From Lama glama (Eukaryota), in NCBI GenBank assembly GCA_028534125.1, contig CM052817.1, positions 60,080,001-60,144,000 of the forward strand: a DNA stretch of 64,000 nt. Reading direction: 5' to 3'. Below are positions 25,651-39,130 of this stretch, one piece after another (position 1 is the stretch's first letter; each line of letters starts with the position of its first letter). A model generated the notes under the pieces. The model was not told the origin of the DNA and searched no databases. It saw only the letters and a list, made by a program, of their open reading frames with translations. Both the position numbers and the translations under genes were made by a program.

Positions 25651-27226
25651 AGCTCTGAAGTCTACTCATTGTGCTCAATCCAACTTTATTTTATCTTGTC
25701 TCAAAATCTGCCTCTGTGTTGAAGCATAGGGGAGAGGAAAACAGGTCATGTTCTGGTTTTTCTAGGTCGAGATGTGGAGGCGCAGCTTTAGCCTGGGCAT
25801 CATAATTCCTCCCTAGTGTTACAAAAGCAAAGTAGGGGAGCAATTATAATATGCTGAAGGTGTTCATCTGTGTTGTATACCTAGTTGTTGGCCCCTCCTT
25901 TTGGTCACCAGGAGATTGAAGGTCTTCTTCACCTTGTACTCTGCTGGAATGTCAACCGTCCTTGTAGTGTTTCCCATAGTGCCTGTTTCTGTTCTCTCTT
26001 CCTGAAGCTTGTAAGTCTCCATTGTATCCGAAATCTTCTCTAGGTTTCAAGAGTAGTCCATGGTTAGCAGAGACAAACAGTCAGAATATGACCCTGTAAC
26101 CCCACAGTAATTAGTTCCCATATACATATTTGATGACAGAGAAAAAACTAGTGCTTTCTAACAGCAGGGCAAGCTGATATCACAAGATGTGATGTATGGA
26201 CAAATAAAGAGGCTAGGTGTCTTCTTCATCTCATTATCTGTTTGTAGGGACATTGCCCTGGTGCTAACTCTGTCGTCACTGGTCTCCTTTAGTCTGGTGG
26301 GAGCAGATTAGAAATAGGGCCTCAGAACAGTTCTGACTCAGTAGGAGTGGTGCTGTTGCTGCACGTTTGTATTGCATTAATATGCAAACACTTACTGAAT
26401 CTAAAAGAGATCTTACAGAGAATATAGTTCAAGTAAGGAAACTAAGACTTCTTCCACAGATCAAAGAGATCAGATAGAATAAGGTACTGTTGGCTACCTG
26501 TTTTGAAGGTAATATTTGTTAACAGAGTAATACAAGGATCTTTTGTAGAGACTTTGTATTCTTCTGGCTTGAAAGAGCCTCTGAATTGTTGGTGTTGATT
26601 CCTCTTAATATAATGGCATTTTCCCCTACAGAAATTAAGGGAGGTAAAAACAAAGCAACAAATTGATGGTGGTTAACTAAAGCTGGCATTCTATCTCTGT
26701 TTTTGTAGTGAGAATTCCAATTTGGGGGAACTCAGTATCACTTTGTAACCAAAATAATATGATGAAATTCAAGAATTTTCCTGGAGTGCCTGCTAGATAT
26801 TATGCATATTTGTTATGATATCACAGAGCTTCAATGCATGCATAAATAAAGGCCTAATAATAAATATAGATATAATGGTAAACATAGAAAAGATAGGGAA
26901 GGAAATGTATTATTTTGATGCCATTTTTATTTTATCTTTTCCTAACAGTTGATACTCTTCCTAATAGTAAATAACTCATATAGTATAAGAAAAATTTGTA
27001 TCTCCAGTACTTCAGATATCTTTTCTGCCTACCCCTGTCCTTCCTTCCATAATGACCTTTCCTCTATGTCTGTGTCTTGTTAAATTCAGTGAAAAGACAT
27101 CCAGAGCATTTTGTTTTTTACTTCCATTTGGAACACAGTCACATGTGTTAGACTTGTTAAGTCGGCATATATGAAAATGTTTTTATTCTATCTTATGTGA
27201 AAAGATATATAGCAATACTATCTTAG

Positions 27227-27696
27227 TGTCTTCATTTCTTAGGGCTGTTTTAACAGAATAACATAAGCAAGGTGGATTAAACAACAGAAATTATTCTCTG
27301 TCAATTCCTAGGCAGGAAGTGTGAAATAACATGTCTACTCCTTTTAAGCCTCTTGGGATGGATTCTCCTTTTCCTTTTCCAGCTTCTGGTAGCCCCAGGC
27401 ATTGCTTGGGATGTGGCAGCATCACTCCTGTCTCTGCCTTTGTCTGCACAGGACTGAGTTCCTGGTGTCCATGTCTTCACATAGTGTACTCCTCCTTGTG
27501 TGTGTTCGCATTTAAATTTACCTCTTCTTATAAGGACACCAATCAAATTTGATTAGGACCCTCCCTAATGACTTCATCTTAACTTGATAACATCAGCAAA
27601 GATCTTGTTTCCAAAAAGGCTACAGTCCTAACCCTAGCCCTAACATAGACACAAGGACAACATACCTTTTTGGCGGACACAATTCAACTCATAATA
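27227..27696 (-). mobile_element. MaLR solo LTR (MLT1C-like, 470 bp) with 5-bp TSD
   Basis: CTTAG on both sides (27222-27226, 27697-27701); motifs TTCCAGCTTCTGGTAGCCCCAGGCATT and CTTATAAGGACACCA. Confidence 0.9.
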
Positions 27697-28476
27697 CTTA
27701 GCTTATCTAGTTTGTTTGTTGACAGATAATTTTATTATGCTATGCAAGTAAGTAAATCATATAGCAAAATAGTCTGTTCTATTTTTATATAACATTTTTT
27801 CAGAATGGCTTTGGTTTAGAGATAAACAATTTTTGCATATGCACAAACAGTTCTAGTTTTAAGACTTAAAATTATAACAGACACTAATACCAGCGATTTA
27901 TGAGCTGAATGCCAAATTGTTTCTATAATGTTTAAAAGAAAAAAGCTGCAGAGGCTGTTGTGGTCTAATTTGGTTATAAAATAAAAAATAAAAATTTAAG
28001 TTATTAGATGATTCTGCATACTCAGTCTGCAATAATAAGGAAGTTTAGGATATAAATGTTAATATATATTTTCTTTTGTGTAGGAAATTATTTCCTTAAT
28101 TAGTATTCTCATGTAAGACTTCTTAAATTTGTATTCTCTAGTCATGACTAAAATGAGAATTGGAAAACTGAGAGCTCAAAAATTCCAAGTATCATGTAAC
28201 TTAATTAATACATCAGAATTCCTTTGTTAGTTGGCAAATGCAACAGCAATTGGGAAAGTCAAGTACTTACAGTTTATTCATAAGTGTCCTAGTTGAAGTC
28301 TATTTTATAAATAGTCTAGAACCTAAATTTAATAACTTAATTTAATAACACTTTTGACACTATTGTTGCTAGGTTAGTAGTTAACATTTAAAATGAAAAA
28401 ATGATTGGAATAATAATTTACATTACTCAGCTTTATTTGGTCATTTGTTCTTGCCTCAACTCTATTACTAACGCTA

Positions 28477-28640
28477 ATATTAGCTAATGTTTCTTCTGAT
28501 TTTATTGTGTGCCAAAGCTATTCTGAGCTTTACATATATTAACTCATTTACTCTCCAAATAAGTCTATGAGATATGTACTATTATTATCTTTATTGTACA
28601 TATGATAAAACTGAGAAACAGAGATGCTAATAAATTTATG
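28477..28640 (-). mobile_element. MIR
   Basis: TGTGCCA..CTTTACATATATTAACTCATTTA..CTATGAGAT..TACTATTATTATC..AAACTGAG. Confidence 0.75.
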
Positions 28641-29049
28641 TTTATACAACATATTAGTACTGGAGTACACTCTTTTAAAACTATGCTATACCTCTTTTAC
28701 CAGATTACTATGTGACTTTGGGAAGTTTTTTTTTTTTAATTTCTCTTGACCTTATCTTATTTGTTTATACAAAAATAAAATAAAACAGAATAATGAATAA
28801 ACAAGGAGTGGAATAAATTGATATTTCTTATTTTTTTCTGAGACCAAAGGTTCTCCTTTAGATGTTAATAGAAATTCTTAAAAAAAATGAACTCTGATCA
28901 AATACATTTGGGAAATACAGACATCCTTCTCTTAGAGATTCTCAGTGTACATTAACATTGGATCTTAGAATTTCTGCAGCAAAAATATTTATTGCATTTC
29001 AAGTAGCTTTCACAGGTGAATTTGACCACATCTTTTTTCAAGGAATGCC

Positions 29050-29938
29050 ATAGTACAATACACCTTTTAGACTGGCCAAAATCCAGCATTCTGACAGCAC
29101 CAAATGCTGGTGAGAATGTAGAGCAATAAGAATTCTCATTCATTAATTATAGGTATGCAAAATAGTACAATCACTTTGAAAGACAGGTTGGCAGTTTCTT
29201 ACAAAATTAAACATACCTTACCATACAGTTCAGTAATCTAGCTCTTTGGTGTTTACCCAAAGAAGTTGAAAATTATGTCCACACAATACCTACAGTTGGA
29301 TGTCTGTAGCATCTTTATTCATAATTGCTAACACTTGGAAGCAACCAACATATCTTTCATAGGTGAGTGAGTAAATAAACTGTGGCATACCCATAAAATG
29401 GAATATATTTTAGCACTAAAAGGAAAAGAGTTTTCAAGTCATGAAAAGACATGGAGGTACCTTAAATGCATATTACGAAGTGAAAGAAGCCAATCTGAAA
29501 ATGTCACATACTACATGATTGCAACTATATGACATTCTGGAAAAGGGGAAACTAGAGAGAGAGTGAAAACATCATTGGTTACCATGGGTTGTAAGGGAAG
29601 ATGGATGAATAGGCAGAGCACAGAGGATTTTTAGGGCAGTGAAAATAGTCTGTATGATACTATAATGGTAGATAAGTGTTATTACACATTTGCTCGAACT
29701 CATTTAATGTACTACACCAAGAGTGAACCCTAATGTAAACTGTGGACTTTGGGAGATTATGATGTATCCCTGTAGATTCATCAATTGTAACAAATGTTCT
29801 ACTCTCGTGGGGGATACTGATAATGGGGGAGGCCATGCACGTGTGCAGTCAGGGGATATATGGGAAGTTTTTGTATCATCTGCTCAATTTTGTTGTGAAC
29901 CTAAAACTGCTCTAAAAGTAAGGTCTATTTAAACAAAA
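29050..29938 (+). mobile_element. L1MC1-like ORF2 end plus 3'UTR
   Basis: CCAAATGCTGGTGAGAATGTAGAGCAA, TTGGCAGTTTCTTACAAAA, GAGTGAACCCTAATGTAAAC, GAACCTAAAACTGCTCTAAAA. Confidence 0.9.
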
Positions 29939-30726
29939 TTATATATTCCTATGGTAGGAGTGAGGATAGGTAGTTGGGAGAAATACCTACTGATAAACTG
30001 TATTTTGAAGACACAGTTTGGGAAATTCTGAATTTAGATCCTCTAAAGTTCTATTAGCCTGTAAAAATCCAGTTATCTAGTATTTTAAGGAAGGTAACGT
30101 CCTCTTATGGACAGCCTGTAGAGTTTATCCTTATGTAAATTTATTTTTAGCTCTTTTCCCAACTTTTCAGATTCTTTTTTTCTTTTCAATTCTGAAAACT
30201 GTATTTGGGATTCTCTTTCTTTCTCTCCTTCTTACACACACATTTACAGAAGTCAAAACAAAGGATATTGCCATCATCTTAAGAGAGTCCTGTTCATTCT
30301 CTGTGAAACTAAAGGATGATTTAAGTTCAGCTTTTTATAAAATCTATCTTAAAAGAACTAGGAACCTTCTTTCTACATAAGGAATTTTTTAAAAAATATG
30401 CAAACATTGAAGACTTGCTGGTTATGTTGTTCTTATCTGTATTAAAGGATTATATTAAGTGAAGCAATAATAAAATTATTTTCATCTATTGCTCCCAACG
30501 TGACTTAGGTGCTCTTCCTTCAAGATCCATAGTACTTATGCTGAGGTTTTTTCTAGTATGTATCTTGTTTTATAATTGCCATTTATTTGTCTGTCTCCAT
30601 CATTAGGCTGTATATTTTCCTTTATACCAAGTAATATAATGATTATTATTTGGACAGCATTTTATAATTCACAAAATAATTTTACTTAGAATGTTTTGCT
30701 TATCTTCCAAAATTCTATATTTTGCA

Positions 30727-31013
30727 GAATAAATACTAGGGATATAATGTACAATATGATTAATATAATTGACACTGCTGTATGTTATATATGAAAATTG
30801 TTTACAGTAAATCCTAAGAGTTCTCATCATGAAGAAAACATTTTTTCTTTTATTTTGTGTCTGTGTGAGATGATGGCTGTTCACTAAATTTGTTGTGGTA
30901 ATTATTTCATGATGTATGTATGTCAAATCATTATACTGTACACCTTAAATTTCAGAGTGCTGTCTGTCAATTATACCACAATAAAACTAGAGGAAAAATT
31001 TTTCAACAGAAGA
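30727..31013 (+). mobile_element. Truncated L1 (L1MA9-like) 3' end with TSD
   Basis: AAATCCTAAGAGTTCTCATCA..TCAATTATACCACAATAAAACT; flanked by AAAATTCTATATTTTGCA (30709-30726) and AAAGTTCTATATTTTGCA (31014-31031). Confidence 0.85.
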
Positions 31014-31834
31014 AAAGTTCTATATTTTGCAAAAAAGAAAACAAATATTTATGGAACATTAAATGACTAACTCAAATGAAGGAAGTCATTATTGTAACTG
31101 AAGTTGAAAAATATTTAATACTTAGATAGGCAGAGAGTGAAGGCAGAATTATTTCAGGAAAGACAATAAACATGGGTAAAGGTCCAGAGATGAACATAAG
31201 TATGACATATGTTGTGAGACATAAAGGAATGCAGTTGAATAGAATATGGAATTTCAAAGCAAAGTGTCAATTATGTATTATCTGTAGAATCATCTTTTGT
31301 AGCTATAAGAATTCATTTTTCTTATTTTCAGGTTACATGATCACCTCCCAATATCTGTAATTTCCTTGAACATTTAAGATCAGATGTACTTTCATTTCAT
31401 TTGATCTGGAGGAAGCCAAACTGATTATTATAAGTTTGGTCTACAATGGGATTTTCTTATCTAATTCCTTCTGCATTATCTGTATACTGTGCATACAGAT
31501 GAAGTGTTTCATTTGCTCATTTTCAGAGGACTCCAAAGGGAAAGAACTATTTGGGCAGCATAATGTTGATACAAGTTGCTACCCATTTATACTTTTAGTA
31601 TACTTTCTTTCAGTGATGAGTATCTTAAATGTGATATGCAAAATTCCAGAGTATCAAGTAAGTATCAGTATCAACACAAGTAAAAGAGAAAAATTAAATA
31701 TGCAGAGGAGACAAATAGTTGTATCTGGAGTATTCCTCAGATTAAAATTTTATACAAATAACAACTATGACATTATAAAACAAAAAGAACATACTAGCAA
31801 AATAGGTCATGAGACATGACAGTTTCTCTCTTTC

Positions 31835-31866
<32 letters not shown>
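31835..31866. repeat. (TA)n(CA)n microsatellite
   Basis: Visible directly in the sequence. Confidence 0.95.
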
Positions 31867-32154
31867 TATTATTAAAAAAACCTAGAAGTATAAATGAAAG
31901 GAGACATTGATAAGATATACTGTAAATGAATGTACAAACAGAAGTAATAAGACAGAAAAAATAATCTGCATACATAGGGATTATATCATTACAACATCAA
32001 GTTCTCTTTTAAAGACAGTTTCTTGCTTTGTACTTTTATCTGAATATTTATATATTGTGTGTTCTGTGTGTGTGTTTGTCTTATTGTGGGGACAAAAGCT
32101 TAAAATGAACTATCTTAAATATTGTGCAGGAGGAATAGTGGCCATGTATGTTTA

Positions 32155-32604
32155 TATAATAGGCAGCACATTGGTATCTTAATCTCTGAAACCTGTAAAC
32201 ATATTGTCTACATGCAAAGGAACTCTGCAGATATAATTAAATTAAGGATCTTGTCCAGATTATCTGGGAGGGCATAATGCAATCATAAGGGAGAGAGAGA
32301 GATGAAAGTGTCAGAGCAGGAGAAAATTTGGAAGATGCTGCAGTGCTGACTTTGAGGATGGAGGGAAAGGTCATGAGCCAAGGAATTCAGTTAGATACTG
32401 AATCTAGATACTGGAAAAAGCAAGGATGCAGATTCTCCTCTAGAACTTCCAGAAGGAATACTGCTCTGCTGAAACATTGGTTTTAGCCCCATTGAGACCA
32501 ATTTTTTATTTCGAGCCTCTAGAACTGTAAAATAATATGTTTATGTTGTTTTAAGCCACTAATTTTGCAGTAATTTTTTGCAACATCAATAGAAAACTAA
32601 TACA
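32155..32604 (+). mobile_element. MaLR LTR (MLT1D-like)
   Basis: TGCAGATATAATTAAATTAAGGATCTT, ATGAGCCAAGGAAT, AGATTCTCCTCTAGAACTTCCAGAAGGAA; ends GAAAACTAATACA. Confidence 0.85.
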
Positions 32605-33518
32605 AATAGCAAATATTTTATTTTTACCAATGAGATATAAAGTGTAACCGAATTTCTTCTTTCACCGTAAGGTCAGCAGATACAGTTATACCACCTGCAA
32701 ACGTTTTACTAGAGTAATTTTAGAGTGTAAATAAACATCTCTAAGGATGGCAAACTTACGAAGAGAAGTGATTTAATTGTGAAAGGCAGCTTCCATTCTG
32801 GAAGAAACCTTTAAGTCAAGGAAAGGTAAAACTCTTATCATTTCCTTATTGCTTTATTTTTGTAAAACTTAAGTTTATAAACAGGGACTGAGGCCTGTAG
32901 ATGTGACAAAGGATAAATGCATGAAAAATAATTGAAATGTTGTCTTCAATCTCAAGTCTGCTTTACACACATTATACTTTTGACGTCACAACATGAAATA
33001 TACACACATGTTTATAGAGATAAAATTTTGCAAATGATTGTGAAATTCTTTTAACTGTTTCACTTCCTCATTGGTGAACACCTAGAAACTAATATTCTCA
33101 TTTGATAGAATAAAATATATTGAGATAAAAATTTATCCTGGAATAGATGATGAAAAATGTTAGTGACTCAAAGGATATTCTGGTTAAGAGCATTTTCATC
33201 AAATACATTTATAAATCTAGTAGAATGCCAAAGTGAATTTTCCTTAATTTCAGCAATATGTTGGAAATGTATGTCATGTAGTACAATTGCATAAATGACT
33301 CCATCATTTCAGCAGGAAAACACTTTGCCAAAATATTAATATAGGATATTATTAAATTATCTCCTCAAAAACATGACATTGTTTTAATATTTTCTCATTC
33401 ATACACTTTAAGATAAATGTATTTTGAGAGATAGTATTTGATAGTACTTAGAGTTAAGAAGTCTTGTTTTCTATGGCTAAAACTTTGAGCCAATATGCAA
33501 ATTAAATATAAATGAGAT

Positions 33519-33578
33519 AATAATAAAATAAAATAATAAAGTAAAATAAAATAAAATAAAATAAAATAAAATAAAATA
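33519..33578. repeat. (TAAAA)n pentanucleotide repeat
   Basis: Visible directly in the sequence. Confidence 0.95.
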
Positions 33579-34189
33579 ATTGCACCTTAGAGGTGTAAAA
33601 ATAATCAGCAATAAATTAGAGCTTCATAAATAATTCTAAGGTAATCTAGTCTCAACTAACAATACTGCCAATTTACTATAAAGGAGTATGGGATAAAATT
33701 TGACAAAATCCTCTCTAATCCAAATACCAGTTTAGTACATAGTCTTATGATGCATACAGTAATTTGTGAGATGTAGTATTACGTGTATTTAACTTTTGAA
33801 CGCTACTTTTCAAAAAAATCGGTTAGCCTTCTTAAATATTTCAAGGAATCTCAGATTCTTAGATTTGAATGAGACTCCCAAATGTTTTATAGTCTAAACA
33901 GCAGCATTTTCTTTGGCTTTATTCCTCATAAATGTCCATCCAACTCTAGTTTGAGTTACTTTATGAATAATCTTTCTTTTACCTCACATTGGCCAACTGG
34001 TCAGAAATAAGATAAAACAAAATATTAGTTTGAACTTACTTTTATTTCAAAAGAGAGGTCAAAGGCAAGAAGTGCACTTTGGCCAATGGGAACAAGTACA
34101 GGTAACAGGAAATCTTTTTAATTTAGTTAATCTCTATAACATTTGTATTCTATAATATATTAATTGTACTCAAGTCCTAGGAATGTATA

Positions 34190-34680
34190 TCATTAATGAA
34201 ATAATTAGAGATGTTCACAGATATTAATATATAGAGATGCTCATCATAGACCTTTTTATAATTAATAATTTGAAAACATAAATATTCAAAAATAGTGGAT
34301 AAATAAACTAGGGCTTATTTATACCTGGGAATGCTATGTATATATAATTAATTTTTCAGAGAATATGTAATAAAACAGGAGCAAGTTTAGGAAAAAACAG
34401 ATTCAAAATGTTAAAAAAACTATTAATGCTTCATGGTGATAACATTAAAAAATAATATATAGTCAAAATGGCATATATCCTTGTTTGTACACAAATGCAA
34501 GGAGACTCTTTGACACAGTTGTAGATATAATGAAAACATCATGAAGGAAATTAAACTAATGACAACAGAAATAGAAGTGCTTATTTTGATGGTAGAATTG
34601 TGGGTAGTTTTTTATTTTCATATTCCCATTTACTGTTTTTTTCAGACTGCCCACATTAAGCATGCATCAGTTTTTGGTTT
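34190..34680 (+). mobile_element. L1ME-like 3' end
   Basis: AGATGCTCATCATAG..AAATATTCAAAAATAG..ATAAATAAACT..TGGTAGAATTGTGGGTAGTTTT. Confidence 0.55.
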
Positions 34681-36639
34681 TCCTCAGGAAGACAATTAAC
34701 TAAAAAAAGCAAGTCTGTTTGTTTTTCTACTAATGTGTTGAAACAAAACTGATGGCTGTTCTGCAGAAAATTCTTTACTAACCCCCAAATTTGCCTGTAT
34801 GATGCCAAATATACAGATATTTGTTAAAAAAGCAAATTGACTCAGTTTCCTATTTTTCTCTAGAGGTCCAGGATTATATTGACATTGCTAAAGAATGTTT
34901 CAAGAAATTTGACCTGTATGATTTTTTTCCATGACCCTATACCAATTAAAGTAATTAAATTTTAGAATGTCATTGTATTTTGAATAAGACAAAATATTGA
35001 CAGTAAATAACAATCACAATTTAAATAGAAAGTATAAGTAAATTCCATTTATTTGTTGCCTAGAAAATTTTGTATATTAAAAATATGTCAACAGCTCTTC
35101 ATGTCAATAAATCTTCACCTTTGAACATCTGTATAATCTCCATGTGAACTGTAATAAAATTATTTTGAATAATAGTTCATTATGTAGGCCTTTTTCAAAT
35201 GAACATACCTTTATCATATGACGATCAGCATTTTTAAGAAGGAAAAATAGTTATTATCAATGAGTAAAAAACATGTAGCTTAGACATTTTAAAATGTCAG
35301 TTTGATTTACCATTGTATTATAGATTACAAAAACATCCTTACACAGTGAAAATGATCTGCCAACACAGATAAATCAAAAACAGTGTAGGGGATTTAATAA
35401 GAAAACATATTTCCATGCGAGGACTGTGGTTTTGGTGGTAGAAACTCTATTCCCTGAGAAAATGGAAAAGCATTTGGATTCAAAAATTAGAGTAAACAAA
35501 AGGATGTAAACATAAATATAGAAATGCAAAGTCAAGTCCATTTTAATTATAGCATTGCTACCGTGATTTTATATGTAATATTTCAAATGGCAATCAGCAA
35601 TTTAGTATAACACCTCTATTTTAATGAGAGAACTTCATGCCGTGATTTTGTTTTCTTAGCAAAGAATTATATATAGTGATGATAAGATCACTAGCAGCAG
35701 ATGAATGAAAACTTGATTTATGCTGTATAGGTACACAACTCTTTGTAAATAATCTTGCAACCTGATACAGAAAGTGTCTATAATTCTGGCATTTTGACAT
35801 TTCCATTCAGTCCAACAACTTGTTGACATATACTTAATTTGCTTCTTCTTGAAGGTGTTGCTTGAAGTTCCCTTCTACTTGACAGGTGCCTGACAGTTCA
35901 GCCTCACTCAGGGCCTGACAAAATGGGAAAATAATGCATTATCTAAACCCCTTTGGAATATCCATTTTATGTCATTTTATGACTCTGATAATGTTAAGAC
36001 TACACGAAACTCAGTTCCTTTAGATATTGACTCGGGTGCACTTTTTTTTTTCAATCTTTTAGATATGTGTATATACCTTCAGTTTTCAACAGGACTCTTT
36101 CTTGAGGTGGTAAATGCTTTGCCCTACATTTCTCAAGCTATAACTGATGATTAAAATATATACATGTGAAATAAATTGAATAAAAATACATCTACTGGCT
36201 CTCCACCATTTATATATCTTAGCAAGATGCAAAATTTTTACTATTCGTGATACAAATAGTGCTTTTAGTGTCTGGCATCTTTGACAAATGTTTTCAGATG
36301 TTGTTCTTGGTTTGAATACATATTTATATCCATGCAGGCTTCTCAGATTTCTCCTCATAGTTATTCATGATGATGGATAGATATATACACACTTTCAAAG
36401 ATGGGAGCATATGATTTTGTTTAAGGAACTGGCAAAAGTGTATTATATGTCAGGGCTCCTAAGATAAAGTATCTGATATCAAATGGGATTTCCAAAGGAA
36501 ACAGACATTCTTCCGTGAAAATCTGTTTAGCTCACCAATATCTGTGTGATATGTACAAAATCCTTGGCATCACATTGATAGACTCTTTGTAACTGATCCA
36601 CCATATATTCCTAACCTAATTAATTTCCTAAATTACCCT

Positions 36640-36890
36640 GCCATTTCTCTGTTCCGACTCTTTGGTTCTCTAGCCATATGCGAGTGCCTTTGCTAAAGCC
36701 ATTCCCAGAAATTCATCCCCATCTTCTCTATCTGAAAAACATTCTTTCTAATCTTAGAGATCTAACCCAAAGTCTATGAAATATTTTATTGATACTTTCA
36801 CCCTTTGTTGCATTGCTTGTTATTCCTCCTATGCTTTGGAGCACATTTTGTATTATTATCTTGTATTATTGCTGCTTTACTTTTAGATTA
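36640..36890 (+). mobile_element. L2 fragment
   Basis: GTGCCTTTGCT..GCCATTCCC..CATTCTTTC..CTCCTATGCT motifs. Confidence 0.45.
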
Positions 36891-36913
36891 ACTCTTATGT
36901 TACTTTTGATGTA

Positions 36914-37823
36914 TGTAATAGTCAAAGGCCCACTGGGAGGCAGAAACCACACAGTGATTTAAACAGGAAAGTTTAATGTACAGAATAAATAGATGGAATA
37001 TTGAAATAAGAAAGGATTGACTAGTAATAATTAAAGAGGACTGCATAGAATATAGTAATAATCGGTATAAAGAGCAGCCACTGCCTCTAGGGCTGAGATG
37101 TTGCACCCAAGGAAAAATCTCCCATACCCCATGCAGGGCTAACATCCAGCCTTTGAGAGGACACAGCCATGGCTCACTGGAGAGTGGCCATGTCACTGAG
37201 GTGCTGTGATTGAAGAATTTGCTGGAAATCTTCCTTTTCAGATACTAAAGAAGCCACTTACAGGAAGTTTCTTAACTAGCACCACTTCTCTGCAAAACTA
37301 AGGAGGCGCCACTTCTTCAGTGCTGTGTCATCTGGGGAGTAGTGGAAAAAGTTATCCATAAGGAGATGTTGCATATTCATGGCAAAATAACCCAAGGGGA
37401 TGCTGGAGTCCGCTGTTCCCAAGGAAATAAGTCACTAGTGTTTACCGCTAGATTACAAAGTCACCCTAGTGGGTTTTGGAGGAAGTTGTCTACAGGGAGG
37501 TGCCAGGCCTTGAAATTCATTTTTAAGCTACAAGAAAGCCTACCAGAGGTAGCTAATGGTTGCTGGGTGCTACAAGCCACCATGTGCTATAGGAGCCATA
37601 CACTGTAGAAACTACTGCAGAAGCTTGATGAGAGGAGCACATTGGGATGAAAAACGAGAAACCTTTCTTCCTCCAATGTCCCTCTAGTACTGTTTATTGA
37701 CAAAACTTGAAAACCTGCAAGTTGGCAAAGGAGAAATATTGTTAAACCCCATCTTCATTATTGCAGAGCAGGTAATGGAGGGTGGATTCAGAGCTATCAA
37801 TTGGTGTAATTGAAATCGGCACA
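36914..37823 (-). mobile_element. Ancient solo LTR (LTR41/LTR50/LTR78-like), about 910 bp
   Basis: TG...CA ends with flanks ATGTA/ATATA. The minus strand starts TGTGCCGAT..AGCTCTGAATCCACCCTCCATTACCTGCTCTG..ATATTTCTCCTTTGCCAA. Confidence 0.7.
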
Positions 37824-37889
37824 ATATACTTATTTAGTTACATTTGAACAACCTTTGAACAAATGAGAATTTCTTAGAAGACAGAAATT

Positions 37890-38096
37890 CTTTTTTAAAA
37901 AAAACATTTTTTACTGAGTTATAGTCATTTTACAATGTTGTGTAGAATTCCAGTGTAGAGCACAATTTTTCAGTTATACATGAACATGCATATATTCATT
38001 GTCACATTTTTTTTCACTGTGAGCTACCACAAGATCTTGTATATATTTCCCTGTGCTGTACAGTATAATCTTGTTTATCTATTCTACATATGCCTG
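37890..38096 (-). mobile_element. Young truncated L1 3' end with perfect 14-bp TSD
   Basis: AGAAGACAGAAATT at 37876-37889 and 38097-38110; body contains TACAATGTTGTG..TTCCCTGTGCTGTACAG. Confidence 0.9.
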
Positions 38097-38929
38097 AGAA
38101 GACAGAAATTGTTATCCTTCTTTTTATGGCCTGGAATAGTGTTTTCCATACAAATGGCAATCAAAAACATCTCAACTAAGTGTTAACACTTTTAACTACA
38201 ACATTCTTATAAATATGATGTAAGTTCTATCTCTGACATTATACATGCAAGAATATATATCATCACCATCAAAGACAACTACATTTACATAAATGTGCCT
38301 TCATTTTGTTTAGTATAATGGAAGCATGTATATACATGTATGGATATACAATAAGTTAATATCTAATTTATAGGTCTGACCAATCTCCAAATTAATCAAA
38401 TGAGCTAGCTGAAAGTTAGAGGCAAGCTATTTTAAACCTCAGAAAGATAAATGAAATCTTGGTATCAGCTAGTTAAAAATACAAATTTCCACCCTTCAAC
38501 AAAAAATGCTACACATTGATTTTTCTATTAATTTAGATAAAAAGAAAGTATAGGAAATTGTTTTAAGTGTTTATACTTGAGCACTAGAAAATATTTTACT
38601 AATATTGTATCAATGTATTGATGCCTGAAATGCTTCAATCTTACTATACCTAAATAGTAATTTTTAAAGTCTGTGTTACTGAATATTTGATTGTTTCTGA
38701 TTTAGTTGCATTAAAATCTACTGCTCCTAATACATTAAATCTTGTTGCCTTGTCCGTTTATAGGTTTATATAGTGATTTCTGAAATATAACCAGGCAAAA
38801 TAAATACCAGAATTTAGTAGAAAGCATCTATAGGGTGAAAGAAAGAGTGTTTGTGTATGAAGGTAAAATATGCTAGAATTACAAATATTTATTTAAGTAT
38901 CTTCTTAGGGAAGATGGATAAATATTTGA

Positions 38930-39130
38930 TACAAAAGGGCTTAGGCACTTGACTCAGGTGTATAGATTAAATCCTACATTTATTTACTTGCTGTCTGGAA
39001 AAACAATTTAAAAGCCTAGATATTTCTTTAGAAGAGCAGAGATTCTAATAATAGTATCTGATATGGAATTTCTTTGAATTTAGTGAAATATTTTATAAAA
39101 CTTGTAATTCAGTAACAGCTTGCAGTGCAC
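38930..39130 (+). mobile_element. MIR (diverged)
   Basis: TTGACTCAG..TTAAATCC..TTTACTTGCTGT..TAATAATAGTATCT. Confidence 0.45.

Noticed and set aside
26396..26400. 5-nt minus-strand micro-exon (TTTTAG|ATTCA|GTAAGT)
   Set aside because: Short pyrimidine tract, frame-shifting, and expected by chance in 128 kb of AT-rich strands.
31436..31819. 127-aa ORF (and the 118-aa ORF at 42904-43260)
   Set aside because: Composition driven by AT-rich codons, no domain signal and no exon structure.
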